A stretch of 50,881 nucleotides of DNA. Origin: Vicugna vicugna. Lineage: Eukaryota. The position numbers and the translations under genes are program-made. The stretch is taken from the NCBI GenBank assembly GCA_013265495.1, contig MU058012.1, positions 1-50,881 on the forward strand, given 5' to 3'. Below the pieces are notes generated by a model. That model searched no databases. It was not told the DNA's origin and saw nothing but the letters and a program-made list of their open reading frames with translations. Of the stretch, positions 1-12,740 are shown piece by piece; the stretch's first letter is position 1; every line of letters begins with the position of its first letter.

Positions 1-20
1 TTTGCTGGCTCTTTTCACAG

Positions 21-213
21 CTGGGTAACCAGCCCCAGGCCCGTGACCCTGGGCCTCAATCCGAAATTAGCCTCCCGGGATCCACCAAGCACCTGCGCTC
101 CCAGCTGGCACAATGCAGACAACGCTATCAAGATCTCCAGGAGAAGCTACTGATATCAGAAGCCACTGTCTTTGCCCAGGCCAACCAGCTGGAGAAATAC
201 AGAGTCATGTTTA
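21..213 (+). CDS. PDE4DIP: PDE4DIP/myomegalin internal exon (first in window; gene continues upstream)
   Basis: ttttcacag acceptor, gtaagt donor; reads LGNQPQARDPGPQSEISLPGSTKHLRSQLAQCRQRYQDLQEKLLISEATVFAQANQLEKYRVMF, matching recalled myomegalin. Confidence 0.93.
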
Positions 214-568
214 GTAAGTCTTAAGTTCACCATTACCAAAGTGTCCATCTCCTCCCTGAGAAGCTGCATGCCTTGCCGACTTCACTTTTCTTCCCCAACC
301 TTAAAACAAATTTAATCCTGACCATGACCCTAGGATTGTGGAAGTGGATACATAACTTCAGTTTGCAGATGGCAGAGAAGAATAAAGGAATGAAGCAAGT
401 TTGCAGGGACAGTGTAGGGAGGAATAGGCTAACATCTAGGTTTGCTGACTTCTGAGACGGTCGACAAACTGCCTTAACTCTCCCAACATACGCTTATTGT
501 TTCTCTTCTGCTCCTCTTTGCGCCACATCAGATTCTTCAAAAATATAGCATCACTGTTGGTCTAGAAT

Positions 569-748
569 CAGCACTTTCTAATACAACTTCTGCAGTGACA
601 GAGATGTTCTATATCTGAGTCTCATGTGGTTACAGAGCACGTGAAATGTAGCTACTTCAACTGGGGAATTTTAAGTTCTATTTAATTTCAATCAAGCTAA
701 TATAAAGTGGTCACATGTGGCTAGTAATTACCTTACTGGACAGTACAG
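569..748. mobile_element. MER3-like hAT-Charlie MITE
   Basis: gatgttctatatctg, gagcacgtgaaatgtagcta, cacatgtggctagt and tactggacagtacag resemble the MER3 consensus. Confidence 0.75.
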
Positions 749-1119
749 ATCTGCATGTCCTGGAACTCTGAATTCGCTCAGCTCCATCCAGACATTTACT
801 GAGCCCCTGTGAACAAAGCAGTTGCTGGCTTCCCTGGGACTTCTGGAGATGAAAATATGCAACGCTTGACTTAAAGATGTCTGGTCCCAGGGAAGCCCAG
901 GTTACCTGCAGGTGGGATCCATGGCAAACAGGCTCAACTGGGCAGAGGAAAGTCCTGCTGCCTGGAGCAGGTGGTCTCTTCTCCCACATAAATAAAGCAG
1001 CATCTGTCCCGTGCTGGATGTGACCTCCTGCCCCCTCAGGGCCAGAGTTTGTGCCACTGAGGATGAGGGAGTGTGTGAGGGATTCAGACACTCTGTAACA
1101 TCCTCTGTCTCTTCCCAAG

Positions 1120-1239
1120 CAGGTGAAACCTTGGTGAAGCAGGACAGCAAGCAGGTGCAGGTGGACCTCCAGGATCTCGGCTACGAGACTTGTGGCCGAA
1201 GCGAGAATGAGGCTGAGCGGGAGGAAAGCACCAGTCCTG
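1120..1239 (+). CDS. PDE4DIP: PDE4DIP exon (NAGNAG acceptor; start 1120 or 1123)
   Basis: GETLVKQDSKQVQVDLQDLGYETCGRSENEAEREESTSP; cttcccAAGCAG acceptor, gtacga donor; phase 1-1. Confidence 0.93.
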
Positions 1240-1467
1240 GTACGAGCACGCTAGTGGGGTTCACCTTCCCTCCCTGGAGTCAGCCTTCAGGTCTGAGTGC
1301 TGTTGGCCAGTCCTGCATCTGACAAGGAGTAGGGGCGAGGGGGTGTTGCAAACTGAAGGGGACCCAGGACCAGAGAGGGACAGGAAGTTTGGAGGATCCC
1401 TCTTGCCCAAACTAAGGCTGAGTATGAGTCTGAATGGCTACAATTATTTTTCACCATACTTCTCTTC

Positions 1468-1511
<44 letters not shown>
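1468..1511. repeat. (AAT)n microsatellite, about 14 units
   Basis: Perfect ataataata run. Confidence 0.98.
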
Positions 1512-1906
1512 TTCTATCCAACTGATTATTGTAGAAAAATGCTAAGGCCTATTTATTAATGAAAAGACCAGATGAGCTCTGAGGAATATGTAAACCGTTG
1601 AGTTTAAAAAATTTGTTTTTCTATTATAAAAGCCCTATGACTGTAGGGACACCCACCAAATTGAAATCAAGGGGAAAAACACTGAGTACAATAGAAGGGG
1701 ACCACGCCTGACCTGCAGGGCGCATGGGAGGACAGGGAATAACTGGGTGTCTGAATGCTAGCACAGTGCCAGGGCTGAATAAAGTGCTGCTTCAACTTCT
1801 GCTCTAGTCATTATTGTCCTCGTGATCAAACCTGCCTCCCCTTCAAGGGAGTGGCTACAGCAGCCTTCCCGGCTTTATCCAGGAGGATGTCTTTGTCTTT
1901 TCTCAG

Positions 1907-2435
1907 AATGTGAGGAGCACGACAGCCTCGGGGAGACAGTCCTAATGGAGGGGCTGTGCTCTGAGCAGGGACCCTTGGGCTCGACGCTGGCCAGCCCCCC
2001 CAGGAGGAAGCCTCTGGAGAGCCAGCTAGGGAAGCAGGAGGAGCTCCAGGCATACGGGAAATCAGAAGACATCTCTGTCCTACGTAAGGACATCAAAGAT
2101 CTGAAAGCCCAGCTGCAGAACGCCAATAAGGTCATTCAGAACCTCAAGAGCCGGGTCCGGTCCCTGTCAGTCACAAGCGATTATTCATCTAGTCTGGAGA
2201 GACCCCGAAAGCTGAAGGCGCTTGGCACCCTCCAGGGATCTTCGCCTCACAGTGTCACTGATGAAGATGAGGGGTGGCTGTCTGATGGCACTGGGGCTTT
2301 CTATCCCCCAGGGCTTCAGGCTAAAAAAGATCTGGAGAGTCTGATCCAGCGGGTGTCCCAGCTGGAAGCCCAGCTCCCGAAAACTGGAACGGAAGGGAAG
2401 CTGGCCGAGGAGCTGAGATCAGCCTCGTGGCCTGG
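1907..2435 (+). CDS. PDE4DIP: PDE4DIP exon, coiled coil
   Basis: ECEEHDSLGETVLMEGLCSEQ...LRKDIKDLKAQLQNANKVIQNLKSRVRSLSVTSDYSSSLERP...LRSASWPG; tttctcag and gtaagg sites. Confidence 0.96.
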
Positions 2436-2654
2436 GTAAGGAGGGCACTCTTTGGAACTTTACTCGACTGAAGCTGTCCAAGTTTTTGTCTGAAAGAGAG
2501 TAGCCCAGGCAGGTAGACCCACTGGGACAATCAGAAGAGCGCTTATTTAAATGGTAGCCCGAGGTCTGAAGAAGGGACACGTGGCCCCTGCTGGGAGACA
2601 GCAGGTCCCTGGGATTTCCTCCTAGGACTGCATTAGTAAAGTGATGGAATATAT

Positions 2655-2880
2655 CAGTAGGAAGGCTGGAGTCGGACTCCCTGGGTTTGAGTCCTAGCTC
2701 TGGTACTTACTGGCTGTGCAAACTACTTTAGTCTTTCTGAGCCTGTTTCTTTACCTACTAAATGAGGATCATAAGAGAACCTATCTCAAAGGGTAGTTAC
2801 TAGGTTTACATGAATTAATACAAGTGCTTGTAATAATGCCTAGCATATTTTAAAGCTCTCAGCACTATTTCCCACAACTA
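2655..2880 (+). mobile_element. MIR SINE
   Basis: ctgggtttgagtcctagctctggtacttactggctgtg...ctgagcctgtttc...taaatgaggatcata MIR core. Confidence 0.75.
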
Positions 2881-2937
2881 TTATTGTTATTGATACTTTG
2901 TGTTGAAAAACACTGGGTAGACATTCATCTCAGTATC

Positions 2938-3473
2938 TGTCCGGGTTATCTATGCTGAGAAATAAACTACCCCAAAGCTTAGTGGTTTCACACAATAATT
3001 TATGTGGATTCACGGGGCTTAGTGGGGTAGCACTCACTTAGGGGGGTCTCAAATAGCTGCCATCAGAGGGCGGTGGGGCTGCAGTCATCTGAAATGTCTG
3101 GCTGGACACTACTTCTTCATTCATGTGCAGGTGACAGGGTGCTCCTTGGCTTCTCTCTTTCTCAGTGTGGCTTCTTGTCTTCCAGGGCCTCTCACAGTAT
3201 GGTGGGCTCAGGGTAATTTCACTTCAACACGACAACTGGCTTTCCAGGGTCAGGAAGTGGAAGTTGCCAGGCTAATTAAGAGCGAATCCTAGACGTGGCA
3301 CAGTGTCACTTCCGCTGTATTATCTTGGTCCAAGTGGCCACAGGGCCCACCCAGGTTTAAGGAGGTAGAGAGTAACTTCTCCCTGATGATGAAAGAGGGC
3401 AAAGCCACACTGCAGACGAGCATGTGGGAGGGAGCTTGAGCAATGGCCCTCTTTGCAAAATACAGCCTGCCAT
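2938..3473 (-). mobile_element. Old MaLR (MLT1 family) solo LTR
   Basis: aactaccccaaagcttagtgg, gctgcagtcatctgaa, cagtgtcacttccgctgtatt and aaaatacagcctgccata motifs. Confidence 0.7.
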
Positions 3474-3888
3474 AATATAGATGGTCTTTGAAACAGAAGA
3501 CATGAACGGACCTATTCGGATTTTTAGTATTGATTGAGTCTCTACTCAGTGAGTATATTTAACATTTATTGAGTATCAACTGTGAGTCTACACTCTATTG
3601 GTGCTATAAGGGGGGTAAAATATGATACTGTATTTACCCTCACAGAACGTACTTTTCATTTTTGGACACTTAACTAACATACAGAAGACAGTGGAAGGAC
3701 AGTGACATAACAAGTTGTTTGATGCAGCAGTTTGTCAGAAAAGAATTTACTCTTAAATATCTCCTTCAGTTTATGTGCCAGAAGTAGCTTAACCTGAGGA
3801 ACTCGTAGAGATGTTCTCACAGAAATCTCTACAGAAGCCCCATCATTTAATTGTTACGCTTTTCCTTTCTTCCTCTTTCCCGCATTAG

Positions 3889-4124
3889 GAAATATGATTC
3901 CTTGATTCAGGATCAGGCCCGAGAACTATCCTACCTACGCCAGAAAATCCGAGAAGGGAGAGGTATCTGTTATCTTCTCACCCAGCATTCGAAAGATACA
4001 GTAAAATCTTTTGAGGACCTCCTAAGGAGCAATGACATTGACTACTACCTGGGGCAGAGCTTCCGGGAGCAACTGGCCCAGGGAAGCCAGCTGACAGAGA
4101 GGCTCACCAGCAAACTCAGCACCA
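3889..4124 (+). CDS. PDE4DIP: PDE4DIP exon
   Basis: KYDSLIQDQARELSYLRQKIREGRGICYLL...ERLTSKLST; long pyrimidine tract ending tag, gtaagt donor. Confidence 0.96.
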
Positions 4125-4394
4125 GTAAGTTGGCCACAGGGCTTAGGGACACTCTCATCACTGCCAGACCCGGGCCACACCTCCACCACAGCCTTTTACC
4201 CCAGGTCCTGCTTCCACTTCATTTCCTGGGGACCAGGACAGGATCAGGACTGGCCAGTGGGAAGCCCTGAGGTTGGAGGCCATGATTACAACTCTAAAAT
4301 CGTCATCATTTATGGATGTGACCCTTTAGGGAAGGAGGCCTTGTTCATCCAGTGCTAATGGGGTGAAAGGGAGAAGAGGTTGGAGGACATCATT

Positions 4395-4560
4395 ATAGTA
4401 CAAAGAGCTGTGAACTGAGAATTGCAAGACCCAAGCTCTAGCTTGGATGCCGCCATTAAGTTGCTTTGGGCAAATGACTTACCCTTTTGGCATCTCCGTT
4501 TCTCCATTTATTGCGTGGAATCATACGTGAATATAATTGAAATATGGATAAATCACCAAG
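4395..4560 (+). mobile_element. MIR fragment
   Basis: ttgggcaaatgacttaccc...catctccgtttctccattt core. Confidence 0.5.
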
Positions 4561-5132
4561 CCCTTTTGAACGTGGTTTGGGCACTGAATGCCATAGCACG
4601 AGGGCTAGGAATATTGGTAGTTATTGAAGTCTTTTACTTAGAATTTCCTGAGAGCACCTGAGGGAACAGAGCAGGATCAGTCTTGGGGACCAACCATCCC
4701 ACGTCCTGGTGGCAGGTGCAGAGGTGGGACAGGGCTGTTTGTCATCTCTTCAGAGTAAGAGTGGGTTCTACCTGAAAGCCACGATGGGACACAGAGCCAT
4801 ACATCTGGGAGGCAGTCTGTGGCAGGCTTGGACCCTGGGATGTTCCGGAGGGAAGCTGGCCAAGTACCTTTTAAACTATTCTTTTGCATTGATTTAGGGC
4901 AGAGGAAGTCGTGATGGTGATCGCCAGGTCAGGGAGGGTCTGCCTGGTGAGCTCAGGAGAGTTTGTATGTCTCTAGAGATGCAATCTGAGGTCTCCCAGA
5001 GTAATTCTCCTACATATCCTGGACCCACAAAGAGCAGTCACTATTCTACACCCAAACAGGCTCCTACACTTACAATGTGTGAAGGGACACCTGTTTAATT
5101 TCTTACTGTTTCTTTCTCAATTTGTTTTGCAG

Positions 5133-5184
5133 AGGATCATAAATGTGAGAAAGAGCAAGCTGCACTTGAGCCACTGGCCCTGAG
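5133..5184 (+). CDS. PDE4DIP: PDE4DIP 52-nt exon, small exon of Olduvai/DUF1220 doublet
   Basis: KDHKCEKEQAALEPLALR; tttgttttgcag and gtaatt sites; phase 1 to 2 fits both neighbours; absent from ORF track because short. Confidence 0.92.
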
Positions 5185-6229
5185 GTAATTCAAATAGGAT
5201 CTGGTAAAGGACTCAGGAACAAGGTCCAAGGGGGAAGGGTGAATGCAACTTCACAAATCAGGGGGCAAAAACGAATACTGATTGTAATGAATTCATTTAT
5301 TCATGGAACACCTTACTGTTGTCTTTTAGCCTAATTCTTTACTCTCTTTTGATACAATTCTGTTGATTTCTGTGTGTATATTTATTCTCCAGGCTCAGTA
5401 ACCTAGGGTCAGTCTAGTAAACAAACCAGCTTTCAAGGGTCCTTGACACCCCCAAGGATCTCCTCTGTTTCCTCCCTGTGTGTTCAAGGACCGAGGGTGC
5501 TCTTTTTGCCAAGTTGACTTACCTCCACTTGAGTTGGCAGCTAGTTAATGGCCTCCCAATTTCCTTGGGAAAAAAAAATAATCATATTACAGTTCCTAGT
5601 GAAAAAGGCCTACACGTTGCAGATCCCAGGAGGCTACCATGCCTTAGCAGCCAGTTTTCAGTGAGTCACTGCATATCATCTTATAACGTGCAATAAAATA
5701 CGGGCTTATAATCCTTTGTGGTCACTAGTTCAAGCCCCTCTGTCATGAGCGTGCTTTAGACCACCTAGTGCTTCTCAAAATATCTGCAGTAAAGGACGGA
5801 GTGTTTTGTTTTTGTTTTCATTTCTGATCCATCACAGACACACACATGGTCTGTACCTCAATCAACCAGATGATTCTACGTATCGTGTTCTTGGATATTG
5901 TGGGAATGCCACACTGCTATATATTTCTCAGTGCTTACCTTCCATTTCTGTACTTACCTTGTTGGGGACTGGGAACCAACAATTCTCAGACACCAGCTGT
6001 ACTGGGGCCCACACTTTCAGGAGCAGTGCCTTAGAGGGCTGGCTGAGCTCCGCTAGTCCTCAGTGTATCGTGTGGCCGGTGCACTCTCCGCTCCCTGTCA
6101 GAGATGGGTTATTTCATTTACTCTGCAGGAATGGTCTCTTGACTTAGGTGGCTTTTCCCAAGTGCCCTATTCAGGACTAGCTGGTCCAGTGACTTTGGTT
6201 TCACCTGTTGTCCTCCTTCACCTCACTAG

Positions 6230-6453
6230 GCTCAGCAGGGAGCTACAGGAGAAGGAGAAAGTGATTGAAGTCCTGCAGGCCAAGCTAGATGCCCGGTCCC
6301 TAACGCCCTCCAGCAGCCGCGCCTTGTCTGACTCCCACCGCTCTCCCAGCAGCTCCTCCTTCCTGTCTGATGAGCTGGAAGCTTGCTCTGACATGGACAT
6401 AGCCAGCGAGTATACACACTATGAAGAGAAGAAAGCTTCACCTGGTCACTCAG
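6230..6453 (+). CDS. PDE4DIP: PDE4DIP exon, large exon of Olduvai/DUF1220 doublet
   Basis: LSRELQEKEKVIEVLQAKLDARSLTPSSS...EEKKASPGHS; cactag and gtagcc sites. Confidence 0.95.
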
Positions 6454-7074
6454 GTAGCCTCCACTTTCTGAGTGGCACCACCTTTATGTAGGCTGAGAGG
6501 AGACCTCCACATCCAGGCCTTGTAGATGCACCTTAGTGTGTATCAGGCTGAGCCGTGCCAAGCACAGGCCCCACTGGGTCAGGATCTTTGCTTTGCTCCT
6601 GACTCTACAAGTTACCCCGGTCACTGGGTCTCCACTAGCACGTGTATGCCGTTGCACCCAGGGGAGCCACAGTGGGGAGAGTGAGAACATCACAGAGACC
6701 TTCCTTCCCCACTGCCTCATGAGCACACAATCATCTGACTGACCTCCTTCCTTGAGATGGAGTATGTTATCCCTCCCGCTCGCTGCAGCTCCTGAACCCC
6801 TGAGTATCTGTGGGTATCCACAGATGCTGCTGGACCTGCCTGGTTTTTTTGGAGGTGCCATTTTCATGGTATCAGCCTCTGAGCCCCACTATCTCCTCTA
6901 AGGTGGCTTTCCTCTGTGCAAGCAAGGGATGAACCCTGCTCACAGTGCTTGTGCTTGTGCTTGGTGCTTTCCCTGAAAGCAAGGCTCTGCCCAGGTACCC
7001 CTGGTTAAATATAAGGCCAGATTCCAGTTCTTTGTAGAACACCAAACATATTCTTTCATTCGTGGGTTTTGTAG

Positions 7075-7227
7075 ATTCCATCCATCATTCAAGTCATTCT
7101 GCTGTACTGTCTTCTAAACCATCAGCAACCAGTGCATCTCAGGGGGTTAAGGCCGAACCCAGCAGCAATCCCATCAGCTTGCCAGCTCCCCAGAAACCCC
7201 CCCAGGAGGCCAGCCAGGCCTATCCAG
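7075..7227 (+). CDS. PDE4DIP: PDE4DIP exon, Ser/Pro-rich
   Basis: DSIHHSSHSAVLSSKPSATSASQGVKAEPSSNPISLPAPQKPPQEASQAYP; ttttgtag and gtatgc sites. Confidence 0.93.
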
Positions 7228-8449
7228 GTATGCAACAGCCAATGGGGCAGGGGCTTCATTTCCTCCCCCAGGTGCCTGTTTGACTTTTCTTCAGGGACAA
7301 AAAACAGCATCATTTGGGGCTTATATGCATCAGATCCTGGACAAAAACAGGAGACCATCTGAATCTCTAATTGTGTCTGATTACTCTTTGTTTCAAATAT
7401 TTTAGAAGAATATGTAATCCACAGCAGACTTCGATCTGCATACCAATTTTGATCAGTAGTTGGCTAGTCATTTTAAAATAAGCATCTTCACTTCATTTTC
7501 TCCTTTCACTCTGGGGAGCAAAGAGGCAAAATGTTTCTCCCAGGATTACTGTAGCCAATGAACAAAAAGAAATTCACAACTGTTGCTTGCCTACACGTGT
7601 TGCCCATTTTATCTGCAGAGGCCTCTCTGTGGCAGGTGGGGCTGCTTCATAGCTGGAGATGCTTCAGTATCTTCAGACAAGATACTGTTCCTATTATTTT
7701 ATCATTCATGGGTTTAGCAATGGGTTTGCAGTCCTTGATATGTACACGCTGTGTATCCTGGACCAGTTAGAGGGGTACATTTCACTTATCTGCCTCAGCT
7801 TAGTTGCCAGGGGTGCACTGTCCAACCACAGCTCCACAGCAGTGACGGCAGGGAAAAGGCCTTGTCCTCACCTCTTGCTCCCCAGCAAGACTGGCAGGCT
7901 CGCCAGTGTGGTTGTGGTGAGGTCAGACTCGTACAGACTTGTACAGACTCGTACAGTGCCCCCAGAAGAGTAGTACTTTCTTTATGATGCCCTCGTCTCT
8001 CTTGTAGACAAGTCAACCAAAATCTTAAGAAAAAGAACATGTCCAACTCTTCCTGAGCCTGGGCTCAAAGTTTCCGGGCCAGAGTGGGCAGCAGCTGCAG
8101 TAGGAAATCATGGGGGAAGGCTATTTGTCTAGCACTGTAGACACCTGTGTAAATGTCTGGGGTCCAAAAGAGCAGAGAGTCAAGAGTTCTAAAATCAGAA
8201 TGCCTCCCTGAAAGATGCCTGGGCTGTTTCACTTGGTAATTCAGTCTTTGCAGTACGGCTCTGATACCGGGTCAGCATCCTGGGGCAAGGATTATTTTTC
8301 AGAATATAATCTCACTTGTTTTCCAAGTGAGACAGACTCCACAGGTCTGTCTTGGTTTCTGCTCCCTCCCTCCCTCTGCTACCTGCCCTGCAACTGTTTT
8401 TAGGAAAGAGTAGACAGATTCAGACATCAGAACTTCCCAGGGTTCCTGA

Positions 8450-8630
8450 AAGCCTGTCTATAGATGGGCTGCATAATGATCACCTGTGAAGAATATTGTT
8501 CATCAAATTTCCAAGCCCTGCTCTCAGAGTTTATGATTGAGTAGGTCTGCATTAGGACCCGGAGAATCTGCATATATTAAGAATTTTCCGTAAGTTATTT
8601 GAATGCCCAGACAGATTTGTAATCCATTGG
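8450..8630. mobile_element. MER5-like hAT MITE
   Basis: tgattgagtaggtctg...ggagaatctgcat motif. Confidence 0.55.
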
Positions 8631-9246
8631 GTCAGTCACTTTGCCAAGACCTTTCTTTTTCCTTTGGTAGATGAACACATTGATTTGTGATTCTGAAGTT
8701 CGTTTCCATCCGTCTTGAATCACATGCATTCGTAATGCAATTTCCCCACTATCTTAGTCTAGTCCTGCCCTCCTCAGGGTGAGTCCTGTTGCTTTCAGAA
8801 GAGGAGTTCTAGCTGTAGGGAGAGTCTTGTGACAGGGGCAAGGACTGGCACGTGCTGGGAACAGCAGCCAGGGGCCCTTGAGAGCATTCAGGCACAGCCA
8901 CCCTGACTTGTCCGTGCCCAGATGGCTAGGATGGGGCTCTCAAGGCTGCCTCTGTTACGGTAATGCCACCTTGCTTTCTGTAGTGAAGTGCTTTCAAGAT
9001 GAGCGTGGAATATGTGTGCAGGAGAGCCCTGGCAGGGGAGTAGGAGGAGCGGGTCAGCCGGGCAAGCCCCTTGGGTAGCAGTGCTCCCCCTTGGCCATCT
9101 CAGTCATCACAACATCGAGTGATAGACACTCCCCAAGCAGACATCTGGTGAAGGAATACTTCCACTTTCTCAATTTTTCACCCATTCTTTTCTCTCCCTT
9201 CCTCTCTAATGATGTGTCTCATTTCTCCCTAACTTTCTGTTTGTAG

Positions 9247-9432
9247 GCCTTCATTTTCAATCCATACCCACGCTGGTTAGCCTTCCCCAGGCACCACTGC
9301 CCTCAGCTCCACCCAGCTTCCTGCCTTTCAGCTCTGCTGGCCCTCCCCTCCTTGGCTGCTGTGAGACACCCGTGGTCTCCTTGGCCGAGGCTCAGCAGGA
9401 GCTGCAGATGCTGCAGAAGCAGTTGGGAGAAA
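9247..9432 (+). CDS. PDE4DIP: PDE4DIP exon
   Basis: GLHFQSIPTLVSLPQAPLPSAPPSFLPFSSAGPPLLGCCETPVVSLAEAQQELQMLQKQLGE; tttgtag and gtgagc sites. Confidence 0.93.
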
Positions 9433-10604
9433 GTGAGCACTTCCTGCTGCATTTGTGTGCTTGCAACTGATGGGCCTACACTGTATTTCTCTGCATGGCT
9501 TTGGCTGGATGGCAGTTTTAAAAAATAGCTTAGGGGTACATGTTATCAGTGGTCGATTGAGGGAGAGCTGTGCTTGCTGGTTTTGGAAATGTATTTACTG
9601 TTAACCTTTCTCGTGCGTGTGCATGTCTTATTCGTGAAGAGGTATATATGTTCATTAGTGGTGTTCCCCCACTGCTGTCAGTGTGGGGTAACTTCCACCA
9701 GATATGCTCAAGTCCTGACACACTGGTGACGTGTTTGCTGGAAGGGCATGGGAGAGAGATTTGGTGCCTTGCCTATGCAGGATGAAGTGACCAGAAAAAG
9801 ATGGCCACATTCAATGGGATCCTTTCTACATCTGTTGTATCTTCCTACTGTGAAATGCTTTTGATCACGTTCAAATCCTGACATCATCAGGTTGGGAGCG
9901 ATGGTGGAAGAGGGATTCTGAAGGGGTGACAAAAGTCCTCTTCCCATTGCACAAAGTTCATTTCTGCTTCTGTGCAGGTGACACAGGAGCAGCTAGAAGC
10001 AGAAGCAGAGGCTGTGATGTCTGATTGTGAATTCTGTCCACTCTCAGACATAGTTGATATTATGAAATCACAGAATTTATAGACTGTGTGCAGTCACCTT
10101 TTAGAGAAAGGTTTCTTGTACATATGGGCTGGATGCCTCATTGTAAAAAATTTTGTATGTGATGACTTGTAGCTTAAAAATTAAGGAAAGCGCTTCACAT
10201 TATGAATTTGCACTCCAGTAGTGATTAAAAAACCAGAGAGTGGTTTGAAATTAATCTAAAACCACACTCTGCGCCTATGAAGAAACTTGAGTGAGGCAGA
10301 GATTGATGGTAGGGTCACCACACAGAGAGTGTCCAGTGACTGAAGACCACAGCTGAGAACCTGTGAACATGAAGCCCCAAAAGTCATTTGGACCAGCTGA
10401 TTTGTCAGCCCTGAAAATAGATACACTGTCTACTCTGGCACTGGTTTGATTTCCAGAACCAGCTAGACTGAGACCATTTTGAGGACAGTTGGAACATCTT
10501 TTCTGCAGGCAGTGAGGAGGCCTGCTTCAGTGTCACACAGGTCCAGCAATCTAGGCTTACCTAGCAATGTGAACCTGCTCTTACCTTGTGTGACAGAACC
10601 AGAG

Positions 10605-10710
10605 CAGGGAACTAAGGCTCATGGAGGTGATTACTTGTTCAAGGTCACTAGTAAGTGGGAGAAATGGGCTCTACCCCAGGTCTTCTGCTCCCAGTTCCAT
10701 GTTGTTTCTA
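10605..10710 (-). mobile_element. MIR fragment
   Basis: gaactaaggctca...acttgttcaaggtcac reverse core. Confidence 0.55.
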
Positions 10711-11589
10711 GTTAGTCTTTTCTGCTTAGAATGCTGTTGTTACCATCCTGCTCAGACATGGAGCTGGGAACTCAGCTGAACAACTCTGGAGGCTACTTGT
10801 ATCAGTCTTTTCTCTCCCTCTTCAGAGATAAGAGGAAGGTACTGCTCTCTCTGACCTAGAACTTGCTACTACAGCAGCCCTGGAACCAACAATCAACGGA
10901 TAACAAGTTTGTCCCCTGCCAAAAGGGCAAGAGTGTTCTCTAGATTTCTTTTCCTTGCCGCCTTTTCCTTCATCTTTCCACATTGTCAATTTGTGTTGGG
11001 TAAGAAGGAAAGATGGAAGGAGAGTACTGAGCATGAAGAGGGGTCTGCTGATGTGGGTTAGAGTCATATCCAGTCTGTGCCACTGACCAGAGTTCCGATG
11101 GTTCCCGCATTGGAAAGGTTGTAGCCCTTCCTTTTGCCTCTGGAAACACAGTCCTTTCCAAGGGCCATCACTTACCAGTGCTCCACCTTTGCTTTAAACC
11201 AAGCTTCCATGTGGACAGTTGCGCATGGCGGCTTCTTGTCACCGTGCGGCCAAAATCTACTTGTGCAAGAGTCTGTCTGGCGTCTTTGCATGGTTTCAGG
11301 AGTGTGAGCTGTATTGTGTGGCTGGGGAGGCTGGAACCTGAGGATACTGATCACTGTTACTGACAGACCTGGTGAGAAAGCAAGCTGACTCTTGACAACT
11401 ACTGATTTCTCCCTTTGCCTTGTGTGGGGCCGGGGTTGAAGGAGATGTGAAAGAGGTAGGAAGTGACATCTCTTTTTAATTCCTGACTATAATTTAGATG
11501 CTTACATTGTTCATGCCCCGCCTTTATTTCCAATGATCCTAATAAATATCTAGTATTTTGCAAACCAGAGAATGAGAGACCCATGACAT

Positions 11590-11762
11590 TACTTCTGAAA
11601 CTTTTCTGCCTATTGGAATCAGCTGGGCTGATTTGAAAACATCCAGTGCCAAAGCTGTACCCCATCCCAGTGAAAGCATAATCTCTGGAGGTCCAGGCGT
11701 TAATACATGCTTTTACATTGTCTCAGGTGATTCCAGTATGTAGCCAAGTTTGAGAAATAGCT
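11590..11762. mobile_element. MER5-like hAT MITE
   Basis: attggaatcagctggg...aatctctgg...caggtgattcca...agccaagtttgagaa. Confidence 0.6.
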
Positions 11763-12740
11763 ATAAATGAGGATCAAAATTGGCAACTGCCAGTTGCATT
11801 GACCCCTCAGTAGGATCTGGCTTAGTTGGAGGAAACGACCTCAGTCCTATTTCTTAAGAGGGGCTACCCATCTACTCCGCTGCCCATGTGGATAATCCCT
11901 GGAAGAAAACAGTCTTCTGAATGTGAATATCCTAAGCTACAGCCCTGTCCACCTCTCTCCCTCCCTCCACCAAGCCAGGCTTCTTTTCACACAGAAGCAG
12001 GGATGCTGGGGCAGGCCCATGATTTCAAAGATCTATGAAAGCAGCAGCCTATGAAATGAAAGGTCCCACCTCCTTCCACGGAAGGGTGTTTAAAGACCCT
12101 TCAGACAGGAGAGATGACATCCTGCATCCTTGAATCATGCTGTATAAGATCCAAGTCACCACTTGCCTTAAGCAGAACCTCCCCCAGCCTCAGCAGAGAG
12201 CTCATCAGTCTGCAGGAACTGAGGCCACCACGTCTAGCTGGAGTTACGCCCCCTTTCTTCTCTGGCAAACCCCAAATGGAAAAATGGAGAAATGGAAAAA
12301 CTGGCTGGTTAGCTTTTGGGAAAGGCAAGTAATAATAGGGAAACAAATATTCCTGTTCACAGGAGTGCTCAGTGCTATACCCCAACGCACTTTTGACCCC
12401 TGACTTTGCCAATGAGTTCTACTTCTGGAACCTCCTAGACTCTATCCTGAGGAACTACAGAGGGAGCCAGGAGTAGGGCCACTGGACTCTTCCTCTGTGT
12501 ACACTGGTGACTTTCCCATCCTTTATTCTTCCTCTACATCTTGGCGTCTCACGATAGTAAATATAAGGGGTGAAAGAGCCTCTAGTGTGCGAGTCCTCAT
12601 CCAACTGGTATTCCGCAGTGGACTGGGATCTCTGATAGCCCACGTGTCCCCTCTAGTGTCTGCTCTCAGCAATCACACACTTCCTTGCCGAAGCTTCTTT
12701 TCTGATACTCTGCTTCTCACTCATGTTTCTTTCTGCCCAG

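Noticed and set aside
10826..10903. Strong intronic acceptor (ttttctctccctcttcag) as an extra PDE4DIP exon
   Set aside because: The required phase hits TGA after nine codons; the nearby donor would give a 13-nt frameshifting exon; no recognisable homology
12114..12403. Intronic ORFs as possible alternative exons
   Set aside because: No convincing acceptor/donor pair and no recognised myomegalin similarity
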